Shown here: one piece after another, positions 47,577-60,591 of the stretch | How positions within the stretch are numbered: position 1 is the first letter of the stretch | Layout: each line of letters opens with the position of its first letter | DNA from: Sphaeroforma arctica JP610 | Lineage: Eukaryota | Assembly: GCF_001186125.1 (NCBI RefSeq) | Contig: NW_014040325.1 | Coordinates: 5,046 to 67,303, forward strand | Direction of reading: 5' to 3' | DNA: 62,258 bases | Notes under the pieces: model-generated | Databases searched by the model: none | Told to the model about the DNA's origin: nothing | What the model saw: the letters and a program-made list of their open reading frames with translations, nothing else | Position numbers and translations under genes: made by a program

Positions 47577-50500
47577 CGTGTGTGTGTGTCTAATACGTGA
47601 ATCAGTTCCAACTATAAGTATTAAATGGTACCAACGGTCGCACAATATAGAATAGTATATATAGATATACCATTTTGCGTACCGGTGAAATGGTTTGAGG
47701 TTTTAACAAGGTGTGCCGAACTCTCTGGTCGTAAAGCTGAAAATTTATCAAATTGATCAACAGGATATGCCAACTGGGGCTGTGGAGGTGGTGGTCACCG
47801 CTGCGCAGCTGCTTGGGTCATGCGAGAGTTTACCGTTTCCTCTAGATGATAACAATGTGGTATGTGCTAGCATATGAGCCATGTGAATTTTGGTATAGGC
47901 CTCAGGACGGGACTACCCGAGACTATTGATGTTTGGTGTTCAAGAGGACATTAATGCAATAGTGTCCTTCTGGGGTTTGCTGTACTGTATGAATCTTTTG
48001 TCGTTGCGCACGGTGAGCCTTGTACGAATGATTACTGCGGAAAGCTGGTATGCCGCTTTTTCTCTCCGACACCAAGACACTTGTAGGTGAACAATATCAC
48101 ATCGTTACCATTTAAACCATCAAACTCCAAGAAGGTGGTAGTATCCTTCTGATAGTGCATGGCATTACCTCCTTCTGTAGTTCTACCGACCTTATTTAGA
48201 TTCTGCACGGAAAAGTATAGACTATCAGTGTCAAGTTGTTATGTTTTGACACTGAATGTTTCTGTGTTGTTCGGATTAGGGCGCCAACATGGCCGGGATT
48301 CGTATGGAGCGCAGATATCTGGCCCTCCGCTCGAATGCACTGCAGAAAAACATTCGGCTGCGCGCGAAAGTCGCCAGCGCTACCCGGCGATACCTGGAAG
48401 ACCGCCAATTTGTGGAGATTGAAACGCCTCTCCTTTTCAGGTAGAGTAGTTAACAGTCGTGCATCTGTAAAGATACGGGTCCTAATACGTTCCCCAAGTA
48501 TGAGTCAATTGGGTGCCAGGTATTCTCGGATGGCTTGATATTCGCTTACCTCAGCACAGACTGCGTATCTAATGTATGTCAATGCGCTCCTAGATGGATA
48601 TATCTTAAGGTACAGCCTGAATGTGTGTGGAGAAATTAAAATCCTTTGCGTACTACAATTTTTAGATCAAGTCGTGCGTCTATTTGTGCTGGGCTGGTTT
48701 TACGTCGTACAGTAGTAGTCATGCCCATTGTCGTGCCTCACGCCACGTGCATGCGGTGCCAGGGACTGTGCTCTGCTTTGAAATGAAGGCACTCGCACCT
48801 GTTCAAAAATAAACACTCCGAGAACATCATGTATGTTTTGACCCCCGAAATAAACTCATCGCAAACACACAGTCCACAATATGCGCTATGGTATGCAATT
48901 GATGGGACGTGCATATGCTATCCAACCTAGAATAGTCTAAATCGGGCATTTTGTAACTCGCTATCTATTTCACAGGCGGACACCAGAGGGTGCGAGAGAA
49001 TTTATTGTACCCGCGCGAGCGTCGGGTACGTTCTACGCCTTACCACAAAGCCCGCAACAATACAAACAGGTTCGTGTGGTCTCGATTGCAGTGCCTGTGT
49101 GGGTGGCTTACAATACGGATGTCCGGAAAGGGTCACGACGTGGTCGACCGTTGCTTCTGCTCGTAGTTAATTAAATGTCTATATGCGATACGGTATTAGG
49201 AAGACCTGCCACCCAAGGCGATATCTATGTGCTTGCAAGTTGTTCGCGAAATTCGAACCTCTAATATTGACCACACACCCGATATTTGCTGGCTGCTTTG
49301 GAGACGTTGCGCTCCGTATGTGTGGCGGTCAAAGCTCAAATCATATACAACGTAGGTATGCATGTAGATGTGGTGAATGACGTATGGTCCACCAAAGCAG
49401 GTATCGTCAGAACGACCATGTCTTACTGCATTCCAGTATATATAGGGCGCATAGCAAAACTACCTGCATCAATGCAAAGGACTAATGTCTACTTTATCCA
49501 CCTGTATGTAAGGGCGTACATAGTATCGCTAATATCTATACTCAGCGTCGTTTATCCCCACTACACTTTCTATACCACTTGTGCCTGCGATGTGTGGTGT
49601 GTGCGTACAGTTGCTGATGGTGGGAGGGTTTGATCGCTACTTCCAATTCGCGCGATGCTTCCGTGATGAGGATCTGCGAGCCGATAGACAACCCGAATTC
49701 ACACAGATCGATGTGGAGATGTCGTTTGTCACTATGCAAGACGTCATGGGTAAATGCATACATGTGCGCAAGGATATATTCATGTATCGATATGTGCGTA
49801 TATGTATTTATTTGCGCTAATATGTAGTTACACATACACTTGAAAATTTGTTTGCGTACAATTAAGGTCAAAGCGTCTGTACTGGTTTTACGTGTGCCAT
49901 GAAGGCAATCTTCATATTTTCTTGTCATGCTCGATAAAAAAAGTGCCTGCACATCGTACTCAATCTCGATTTAATGGTGGCACGTACAACGCATGTATGA
50001 TACGTTTATGCACAATCACATGGCGAACCAGGAATATGTACACGTATTTGAGTGTATTACATTTTAATTTTACTCATACATCTTTGAGTACATGCATGTA
50101 TGTCCCACAACTTCACGTGGTCTTCTTTGCCGCAGGCTTCATATTTATGTGCTGTTGTCGGACACGTGTGCGCGCGCAGCACTGTTTGATTGGAATTTTA
50201 AGTGCTGGCTTTTAGAAAACGTACAATAGCTTAAGTCAGAAAGAGCAGCATTTATCCGGTCGCTTGATACTGTTCCTATGCCATCTGTATAAGGTTGTCG
50301 TTCTGTCCAACTGTATCCTATCCCTTTACCTACCATAGCTTTATGTACAATTGTATTGGGGCTTGGGCACATGCCACACAATATTTTCTACGTCACAAGT
50401 CTCGTATTGCATATACAACTCCGTGGCTAATCGCTATCTTCTTCTTCCACTCTTATCCTAACACACTTTGAGCACAGACCTTGGTGAGAGAGTATGCAAG

Positions 50501-53145
50501 AACATGTGGGCAGCTGCAGGGTACGAGATTCCATCGCAATCCTTCCGCCATATGACCTATACCGAGGCCATGACATCATACGGTTGTGACAAGCCGGATC
50601 TGCGGTTTGATATGCGGTTAACAAACTTAGACGCCCCTTTCATCAATTCCAGCGCCGACTTCCTAAATATAGCAGCCAATGAAAAGTCTAAGAGTGTGGT
50701 GGGATTCAATTTGGGCAAATGGAGCAAGTCGATGAGCAGAAAAGACGTGGATGCTCTAGTCAAGCAGGTGCGGGCAAGCGGCTGCCAGACGGCCACGTTC
50801 ATACAAGTCTCAGCAAATGGTGTGTCTGTGAACGTTGTTACAGCGTATCTAGGTTCTAAAAAGGCACAATCTGAATACATTCTGGAAGCAAAGTTTTTTT
50901 TTAATTGAGTGGCACGTTGGATGCCTAAATGGTTTGGTTTACAACATCATATTTCATATATGAAGACTCGGGCTGTATGCAGAAGTCGCACGTTTGCCTG
51001 CAAGCAGATTTCGTTCCATATCATTTCCTCTGTCGTCGTCTGAACTTTTCCGCGCTTTCAACATGGGAGCTGTCAATTTCGATAAACATCACACACCACT
51101 CCAACAACAGTAAGACATGCACTGCCTGCGCTACATTCTATGTTGCATAGCCCCATGCCACTTTAGTTGTCGTCGAGTCGCAACTCTTCTGACCGCGACA
51201 CAACCCTCTCTGCTTTTGCGCACCCCAGATTCCGAGTGGACCTGGAAGTCATCTATTGCAAAATTCCTGACAAATGACAACAAGGAGCAGCTGAAACGTA
51301 CACTGTCACTACAAGAGGGTGATATGGTAATAGTAGGCCTTGGAGCGACCAATAAGACACTCGAGGCTATGGGCAAGGTACGTCTCGTTTGCGACGCTCA
51401 CAGGTGATCATTATCATGCCCATGAAAACACTCAGAACCACTCCTGGATACATATTTTTGCTCAATTCCTCACCGTTAACGTATCGTAGTGGTTACTTAT
51501 TCGATGAAAAGATGTTTGTGGCTCAATGTGAGTTGATTTTTCAAAGTTATGCATGCTAAACCAACCATTGGGGGTGCCTGCGATGGCAAAAGTCATAAGC
51601 GCGTGCGATAGTGGTACAGTTGAGAGCTGCGTGCGTTGTCAGTCGTATTTCTTTATGTTTTTTTTGGTTCCACGTACGGTTGTTATATGCATGATTGGTG
51701 TGTGCGCATGTTTGACACGAGGGATACATGCTACATGTGAACTGCCGAATGTTTAGTCTAAATGAGTCGTTGTATAACCACGGTGCACTCAGTGGAGGAA
51801 GTACAGCCTCATTGTTGAGCGTATACCACTAAGATGCCGTACATCAACATGCAATACTCTGCTGACGTACAATCTCTCCCGTAATTTGCTGAGCAACAGG
51901 TGCGATTGCAGTGTGCCACCGAATTGGAACGCAAAGGCTTACCCGTGAGGCCTCTGAAGGGCTCTGCCAACGAGTTCGAGTTCCTGTGGGTCACAGACTT
52001 CCCACTCTTCACCCCCGAAGAAGAACCTGAGCAATCGAGCACGCCTAGCGAGAGCGATAGCAATCACAGCGCTACAATGCGGTTGGGTACGACCCATCAT
52101 CCGTTCACAGCGCCACACGCCGATGATATGAAGTACTTGAACGGCACTGTAGAGGGCATGATGAAGGTGGGGAATATGATTGTAACTCTGGAGATGGTTG
52201 TATATGATATGTGATGTGACGTGATGTTGTAGTTTGTGCTGACGATCATCTTTTCCGCATTATTTTTATTGTTTTTACTTATTGGGCACTGTAACCCTTA
52301 TGCTAAAGGGTATGATGTAAAAGGTGACTTCCAAACCAATACATCACTCTCATGCTATCACGATTGAAAGCCTTCTTACACATTGTGCGTGTGCATCACC
52401 GAGCTTATTTTTCTGTATTCTGTTATGATGCATTTGCGACCAACTCCAGTACGACCTTGATTTTATTCAATATTTCAATTAAAGCTTGTACATTTGCTTG
52501 TGAGTGTATTTATATAAATATAGCCTCAGCTCACTCACATACACTTACCCTTTCATAATATAGATCAGGGGTCAACACTTTGATCTGGTCGTCAATGGGG
52601 TTGAGTTGGGCGGTGGGTCGATACGTATCCACTCATCTGACGTTCAACGTAAGGTGTTGCAGGACTGTCTGAAGGTAGATGCTGAAAACTTCGAGCATCT
52701 ACTGACTGCGCTAGAGAGCGGATGTCCGCCACACGGTGGCTTTGCGCTCGGTAGGTAGTCCATGTATTAGCTTGTGAATGTAGACCGTTACGCGACTGTG
52801 CCCAAATGATGCTTTGGCGTGCTGGTATGCGTATATATATATGACCAAGCACGCTTGCTTGGCAGGCCTTTGTTCATAAGGTGTGCGGTGCGGACCCTGA
52901 GTTATTGTACTTATTCACGTGCATGCAAATCCTCAAGTTGTTATAAGATGGCCACCAGCTACTTGTACAATTACACTCGTAGAAATTATTGCTATAGATT
53001 TACTAGATAGCTGGTTGTTTATGTGGCTTACGGATGGATCACGTTTTTGATTACTTTCCCATCCTGATGTAAAAACAAACAGTCAGAATGCTGCTCAATA
53101 TTATTTCGGCATAAGCAGACGCAATTTACTTTATACACACACATA

Positions 53146-53193
<48 letters not shown>

Positions 53194-53709
53194 ACGTGAG
53201 TGCATGTATGTATATATATATGTATATATATAGCATACATACGTCCGCGCATGCTAATCTGCTTTACGTTCTTCTCGCTATTTGTTAGGTTTCGACAGGG
53301 CGATGGCTTTGCTGACTCATGCTGAGAGCCTGCGCGATGTCATTGCTTTTCCGAAGTCGTTCTCCGGAAAAGGTACGTCATTGGTCAGTAATTGCTGTTG
53401 CATATGCTGCGCATGGAAGGGACAATCATCCTTGTTTCACGTCCGTACCCGCTTACGTGACCACCACAGGCGCTGTCCCTTCCTATCGTGACACACGCAC
53501 CTATTTCTATTTCTTGCATCGTGCGATGACATGGATCTTGTGCATCCACATTCTGTACGTCTGATACCTTCTCCACTTTACATTCCTCTTCTTCTGTGAT
53601 CGTTGACTCCGGATCGCCAGAGCCCATGACATCGTCACCGGCTCCGCTCTCTCAGGAAGATCTAGATGTGTATAATCTACAATTCAGGCCGGCGGTTAAT
53701 GGAGTATAA
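45998..53709 (+). CDS. DARS2: Mitochondrial (bacterial-type) aspartyl-tRNA synthetase
   Basis: Exons 45998-46377, 46850-47030, 47764-47859, 48280-48440, 48976-49069, 49611-49749, 50478-50819, 51229-51377, 51900-52166, 52564-52750, 53289-53372, 53621-53709 (722 aa). Basic N-terminal presequence, then [116 protein letters not shown]. Confidence 0.97.
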
Positions 53710-54535
53710 TACCACCATTGAAGTGAAAATGGCACTATCGATGCATAGGAGATGGACCTAATCGTAGCACGGAGATCCGATCATGATCGCACAATAGTTT
53801 ACAAAATGGATGTGAATCACGTTGTAACCTCTCAAGTTGAATCGATACCTACTTGTGAAAAGTAGTGGTGATCGGCTAATAATACAGTAGAATTAGCAGA
53901 GCATTCAGGCAGCTCGTGTAGCTGTGACGTAAAATAGGCTATCAGACTTTAGTGGATAAATATGGCTGCTTCCGACAACCACCCAGACCAACGATGATTG
54001 CAAATTGATTATATCGGTGAAACAAAGAACATCATAGAACCCGGGCGAAAGAATCTGCCGACGATGAGAGTCAATCAGAGCACATGCGCCAGCTCGTGGA
54101 TTGATCGACACAAGAGCGAAAGAAACATATTGCCACAAAGAACTTTGTTTTCTTCGAGATATTTCTCAGATTTTTCCGCAAATCATATCAGGCTCGGACC
54201 TTGCAAATGACCGACTTCCTGGAAGTTATATGCGTTGCTGCAACAATGCGGTAGTTTCCGATGCTGATGGGTTTAAATAGCGTTATGTTTAGTATGCAAT
54301 AGATATCAACTCTTGGCGCTTAATTTAGAACAACATCGCAGTAAAATGCCTGAACAGAACCCTGAAAACATATATGCGCTCTGCTTCTCATGAGGCGAGT
54401 TTCAAGTTTCATACTAAATTCTTTATTCATAATGTTTTTGTATACGTCAATAAGATATCACACTCACGTTCGAGCTTCACAATTGATGTTAGCATATCCG
54501 CTGCGCTTCACAGCTAGGGTACGGGGTTTCACCAT

Positions 54536-54826
54536 TTAGGCGGTGGTGGTATCCTTGGTGGTGTTGCTGTTGTCCTGCACGGATTCCTTTGCATCTTGAG
54601 CGGCATCCTTCAGGTCGTTCTTCGCGCTGTTAGCCGTGTTGCTCGCTTTTTCTGCTTTGTACCCAGCACTGTCGCCAGCTCGATCGACCGTGTCCGCAGC
54701 TTTCTGGCTGGTGGACTTCTCGCCGTACACGGCTTGGCTGACAGTATCACTCACGGTGTTCATGGCGCTGGTGGCTGCCTCCTTAATGTCGGTCACAGTG
54801 TTTGAGTTGGCGGCGTTGGAAGACAT
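54536..54826 (-). CDS. Small LEA-like hydrophilin / stress protein (96 aa, intronless)
   Basis: A/S/T/K/D-rich amphipathic repeats (KAEKASNTANSAKNDLKDAAQDAKESV), no Cys or Trp, GC3-rich codon usage and a TATA box upstream. Confidence 0.75.
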   Translation of the reverse strand: MSSNAANSNTVTDIKEAATSAMNTVSDTVSQAVYGEKSTSQKAADTVDRAGDSAGYKAEKASNTANSAKNDLKDAAQDAKESVQDNSNTTKDTTTA

Positions 54827-54902
54827 ATTGGAGATTTGTTGATCAATTTATACTTTGCAGTGTTGTATTTTTGATTGATTGACGTAGGAAACAGATTTCA
54901 CC

Positions 54903-54918
54903 CTCCTTTTATACTTTT
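54903..54918 (-). promoter_or_regulatory. TATA box (TATAAAA) of the LEA-like gene
   Basis: Minus strand reads AAAAGTATAAAAGGAG about 85 nt upstream of the ATG. Confidence 0.55.
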
Positions 54919-55022
54919 TTGTCCGTTTTGTAAAAGCTGTGACGATGACAAGTTTTAAAATACGACCACATATCGGTTTTGAAACACCCCTGTGCCCTGA
55001 GGGCCCTCAGTGACTTGAGACT

Positions 55023-55087
55023 CGTTTCCCCGTCCCCGTTTCCCCGTCCCCGTTTCCCCGTCCCCGTTTCCCCGTCCCCGTTTCCCC
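55023..55087 (-). repeat. (GGGGACGGGGAAAC)n 14-bp tandem repeat with G-quadruplex potential
   Basis: Nine runs of four G on the minus strand, separated by 2-4 nt loops. Confidence 0.9.
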
Positions 55088-55357
55088 TACCATTTGACGG
55101 TACATATGGACTTCAGTTTATTGTAAATACTGTATAACGATATAAACTTATACGCGAGACAATGAAGACAAATATTATTTCCCTTGACATGACAGAATTT
55201 AATTGGGCTAGGATTAAATGTGACTTTGGCAACTGCATTTTGCGTACGCAATAAAAAGATGAAATCGATGATAGAGCTGAGAAACAACTGATGATCCAAT
55301 ATTATTGGTTTGTTTTAACCTTTGTCTGTGGCAAAGTCGAGTCGGAACTTGGAAGTG

Positions 55358-55466
55358 AGAAGTCAGAGTGTCAGACTCAGAGTCAGAACTCAGAAGTCAA
55401 GACGCAGAAGGAGTTAGGACTCAGAACTTAGGACTCAGGTAAGTCAGGAGTCAGGACTGAGGACAG
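55358..55466 (+). repeat. Degenerate 6-7-mer repeat (GAGTCAG/GACTCAG)
   Basis: Repeated AGTCAG/ACTCAG units directly visible. Confidence 0.7.
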
Positions 55467-57337
55467 ATACATCTGGATGATATGGTGCAGTGGGCCTGGT
55501 GCAGTCGCAAAAGATGATATGTTGCCGAATTGCCGATTGTGCTTTACTAAAACCCCTTTTTATTGTTCGTGATATTTTGATTGGCAAAGTCGAGACTCTT
55601 CATTTGCACTCGGCGTCTCAGCCCACAGGCTGGGCCACAGCCCCACATTCCTATCATGCGCCAATGTATGTATCTACGATATTTTTTATACACGATACGT
55701 ATCTATTATATTCCATACGTTTCTCAGCAAACTCTAGTCTCTACTTTAGTGAAACTGGGGAAGGGTCGAGGAACGCACATGATGATAACTGGTGAGATGT
55801 TCGTGATATTTTAGTGTAAGAAGATTTATTAAGAACACAATTCTTTGGATACATGCAACCTCTTGTCCCCTTGTATGAGATACCCGCCGATTGTGTGCCC
55901 GAAAAGCATTGCAACCTCGCTTATTTTCATGTATTGTCGTGCAAGAGCGATTTTGTAGTCTTGTATTGCACATAAATCGAATTTTGTAGTCTCGTATTGC
56001 ACATAAATAGAATGTGTTGTTTGAGGTGTGGCTAGCTTTCTTCACGTTGCAATTTCATTGCTAGATATCGATGGTTGTGTTTCTACATAGTGTGCTGACC
56101 CTTCATGATTGTTCGTCTTTTAACATGTATATGATATATCCCTCATGTAGGTTAATAATCTGTGTGTTGCCTTCAATAGGAATGTTTTATATTTCCTCCT
56201 TGTTTGTATGTTAGTTGGTTGTAAATATTATAATCGCAGCTCCAACCCCCAAGTGCATTACATTGAATATACATGCATAGATAATAAATGTAGAATCCTA
56301 TCATATATGTGCTATTAATCGTGCAAACACTATGGACTTGATATTGTGTGACCATGTGAGAAACATGCGCAATATATTAATACTTCGATCCATGTATCGA
56401 TAATCTAGTATATGTGAACAAGTATGTCTTATAAGAATATGCAATGTCCATAGATTTATGCTTTCTCGCCAATTTATTCATGCAGCACTTTCCTGTCATG
56501 AGCACGTATGTTTATTTACCAAGAGTTTTGCATAACCTTCGTTTTCCTTTACATCTATCTTATTCTCAGCATATACCGACGCGTCCTGTAGTCTGTATAC
56601 TCTCATCTCCCAGGTGCGATGCATTGCACCATGCAAATCCAGCTGTCTATCTACCTTACTCATGTCCCACATTTTAAAGTACAGTTGTCAGTTGGCTATA
56701 TAGATCTCAATTAATACTAGACTAAGCACGGATTGAAACCCGAGTATCGCTGCCCAAATCGCCGGCAGTGTCCGATTCCATACTTTGGTCCATATTAAAG
56801 TGGAGGACCGGAACCTCTCGTGTTCTTGTTCTCCGGTAAGCAAGCCACTCTGTCCGACCTCTCAGACACTGCAAGTAGCAACGCTTCTATGAAACTTGCT
56901 TTCAGTGAAAAATTTAGCCTCTTTTGACCAGTAGGAATTGTTAGTCAAATTCATCCCGAAATATAGATTAGAGCTGCTTTGTAAACTCACTTTTGTACGG
57001 GATTGCTGATTATCATTCCACAAGTATTAAAGCGATGTTAAAATACTCACTTGTATGATTCCTTTCGATAATCATGCCTTGCAGTTGATGCTTCGCTTGC
57101 TAAATGGTATAAACATGCTTTACATCCACATGATAATTCGGTAGTGATGCTAAAACGTAATATACAGCCATATCGTCTCGCAGTGCGGCTACACAATCGA
57201 TTCATAGCTGTGTCATGTACACGCATGAAACCATTATCACTTACGAGGCCCACGCCTTGTTATTGTAAACACTAGACACCAGTGCATCATTGACGTATGG
57301 TTGTCATTCATTGTGAGACTCGCTCATCATCCTGGCA

Positions 57338-58971
57338 TCAGCTGCCTTCGCTTGGTTGGGTTTCTGCACTCTTTGACGCTTCTGCGCTCAACCGCTTCTT
57401 CTTGGCCTGCTTGTATAGTTTGTCCGCTTTCCTCTTTTTCAGTTTGTCCATTTTCTTCTGGGCCTTAGGGTCGATCCCGTGTATGTGCTGGGTGACCTTT
57501 AGTGCCAATAGTTTTCTTGCTTCCTTGCGATTCTGTGCTTGCGATCGGCCCATCTGACACTGTATCGGACATGGTGCAGGTTTCTATTGAATCACCACGT
57601 CAAGCTAGGGTTAACCGAACTAAGCTGAGAACCCGCTATACTGTTCCCGAGTTGTCAGGGCTGTCATATCAGCAGGTAGCGCTCTATATAAAACTCTGAA
57701 GTTGAGCATACTAAATCGGTACAATACACCAGATCTTACAACTGCACAGCAGCCTTCAAGGTTACACACTCTTGTAGAACACAATCACAGAATAAAGCAT
57801 TTCGAAACGAGATTGAGAACAAAATACACATAAATACACTCACCAATCACTCGGTAAGCCACATACATGAACGACTACCCCCGTGGGGATGTGCTTGAGC
57901 ACAACTTGACTATTCGTCTTATTAATCTTTTGCCCGCCTGGACCGTTTCCCTTTACGAACTGCTCTTCGAAGTCAACTTCGTCCACCTCCATGACTATCA
58001 CCGTATCTTCCCATTTGGGTCTCTTTTCCTTTTTCGGCTTCTTGGCTCTTTTAGGCTTAACATAATCTGTTAAACAAAGAGCCGCTTTCATTTGTTTAGG
58101 AAACCTGAAAAGCAATACACGCGAGCGCCACATCAGGACTTGCAAAACCATGAGCACATGAAAGACAGCAACGCACCTTGAAGCAATACAGCAAATCACC
58201 CAAATTTTTAAGCATGAACGAGCATCTTCGTATTCTGCCACATCTAATTAATTTTCCACAAATCTATCGGTGCAAGTCACTGCCGAGATATCACCGTGCA
58301 CACCAGTCTTAGAACCGATATCGCACTATACTTAACCAGATATGTGTAGTCTTAAATATGCTTACGAGAGCAGCCTTCAGTATATGGCCACGATCACAAT
58401 ATAAAAATTGAAGCAGAGGACGGAGGAAGAGTATATATCAAATCTTGTGTACACATTTACGAATTTACATAATATCAGTTACTAATACAGAGCTTTAGAT
58501 ACGCTCTTCGTGGCCTTGCAAGAACACACCTTCGCCCGTGTGTAGATCTTGAGTTCCTTCTGTAGTATCATTCTGTGTGATACTACTCTTTTCGCTTAAG
58601 GTGGCGTGTTCGCTTTCCCGTGACGCTCCTTGTGAATGCACCGAACTCACAGTATGCAGTGAATCGCTATTTGAGGAGTTTGGGGCGTCTGATTGACGTT
58701 GCATATGAGCAAGCGTGTGGAATTTGGGTCGTTGGTATCGAACCACGCTTTTCAGGTATGTACGAGGTTCTTCCAGAGGTACATTGTGTATGCATCGATA
58801 ATATCGTCGCTGAAGGTGTGTGCTTGTTCCATTATTGTTTGAAGGTTCTGAGTTCCTGTACTGTGTACCGGTATGGGAATGAGAGGCGATCAAAGGTGCT
58901 TTCATCAGAGACTGTAGCGTCGAGTGGCCTCGAGGGCCATTGAAAGCTCTGCGACAGGTTAAGGGAAACAT
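57338..58971 (-). CDS. MTRFR: Mitochondrial GGQ peptidyl-tRNA hydrolase / ribosome-rescue factor (C12orf65/MTRFR-like)
   Basis: Exons 58971-58530, 58066-57867, 57559-57338 (287 aa). [54 protein letters not shown] is followed by a Lys-rich tail; there is no codon-recognition domain. The start codon could be further upstream (59025 or 59052). Confidence 0.9.
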
Positions 58972-59419
58972 GGTCCGATGTACTATAAGCTCGATAAGCC
59001 CACTTACTAGTTTGTATTTACTCATTTGTATTTTCAAAAATACACATTTCATATGTAAATACCTCCCCCTCTAGAGATAAAAATATGTATTTATTTACAT
59101 TTGTGATATTTGAAATGGTTGACAATACCGGGTCCGATACATATTTAAAAATACATGTATTTCCGATGATGCAAGTTAAACGTTTTTTCCGGTCAAAAAA
59201 GTCTACTAGAGGAAAAATGAAAAATCTATTTTGAAAATAAAAAAGCCCTTGGCAAAATATCCAAAAGTTGAACCACAAGGCTCTGAAAATAAATACACTT
59301 GGAGCGACTACTCAAGGACAGTACCCATACAAAGCGACATAGCGCATCGATATCAACAATAAACGTATTTTTACGCAAAACGTATTGATATTAGGTTCAT
59401 AAAGGTGAGATTTGTTAAG

Positions 59420-59575
59420 ACTGCGACCACTATGCCTGCGACTCTCTGCGGCCACTATGCCTGCGACTCTCGACTGCGATCACTATGCCTGCGACCGGGT
59501 CTTGCGACCACTATTATCCCTATGCCTGCGACTCTCGACTGCGACTACTATGCCTGCGACTCTCGACTGCGACCA
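59420..59575 (+). repeat. Degenerate tandem repeat CTATGCCTGCGACTCTCGACTGCGA
   Basis: About five copies of CTATGCCTGCGAC. Confidence 0.85.
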
Positions 59576-60129
59576 GTAAGTCTGCCTCTCTCACAAATGT
59601 TTTTATTGTCATACCTATGGAGTGAGTTACAGAGGAACGGAGTGATAGAGTAGTAATAGTAATATTATAAATACCTACCGTGCAACCGATACCCTTTCAA
59701 ATTAAAGAAAGGGAGAAATATATAAATGGGATATGCCGTTGAGAATTATTTGCCATTATTGAATGAGAAAAGACGTTGTGCCACTAATGAACCGGCATGG
59801 TGTGGCACATGGGCTTTGTGTAACTAGGTATGTACTATTCATTGTCTGTCGGGAGAATGTATCAACAAAAAATGGCAATTCATAATCATGGCTATATACT
59901 GTTTCCACCCTTCTCAGATTTGTCGATTGAGTATACAAGGAAAGAAGAAGAGCTTGTGACGTACAGGTATGGTATGCTGTATATTCTTTCATATATCATT
60001 CCGATTGTTATATTGGGCATTCCCTGTCTCACTGGCATATATTACTTGTATTCACTCACAGACTCACTTAACAACATGAACGGAATGCTTCTGGAAATGT
60101 GTAATGGACCGTTGTATAAGAACGGAAGG

Positions 60130-60355
60130 CAGATCCGTTGGATGTGACATCAGAGAATGGAGGGTAGATCCGTTGGATATGACATCAGAGAATGGAATGC
60201 CGTTCCTTTGGATGTGACAACAGAGAATAGAAGGTCGTTCCGTTGAATGAGAAATCAGAGGATGGAAGGTGAAAATTTGGAGCATGGCAGATGAGAAATT
60301 AGAGAATAGAAGATGAAAATTAGAGCATGGAAAAAAAACCGTTGGATCTGGAATA
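60130..60355 (+). repeat. ~35-bp degenerate tandem repeat (AGATCCGTTGGATGTGACATCAGAGAATGGA)
   Basis: Four to six progressively diverged copies. Confidence 0.75.
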
Positions 60356-60591
60356 GAAAGGCATGTGGATCTGCAACTTTAAATTAGTGAGGCCGATGGT
60401 TCGCGAGTATAGCTTCCAAGCAAGTACTATAGTCGGGAGTAGCCAAAACTATAAACAAGACAAAAGCGAGAAGGTCTTTATGTTTAGTATACAATAGTGT
60501 CGCGTAGCCTGTGATCAGCACTGATTGATATTTGAATAAAATATTAACATAGTACATTAGTCAAGAGTCAGATACATACTACCTTTACTTT

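Noticed and set aside
45998..58971. Clustering of mitochondrial translation genes DARS2 and MTRFR
   Set aside because: Only two genes, convergent and separated by an unrelated gene; compatible with chance.
59830..60147. 105-aa ORF with a hydrophobic stretch
   Set aside because: No recognisable motif or splice structure and it lies between repeats; not supportable as a gene.
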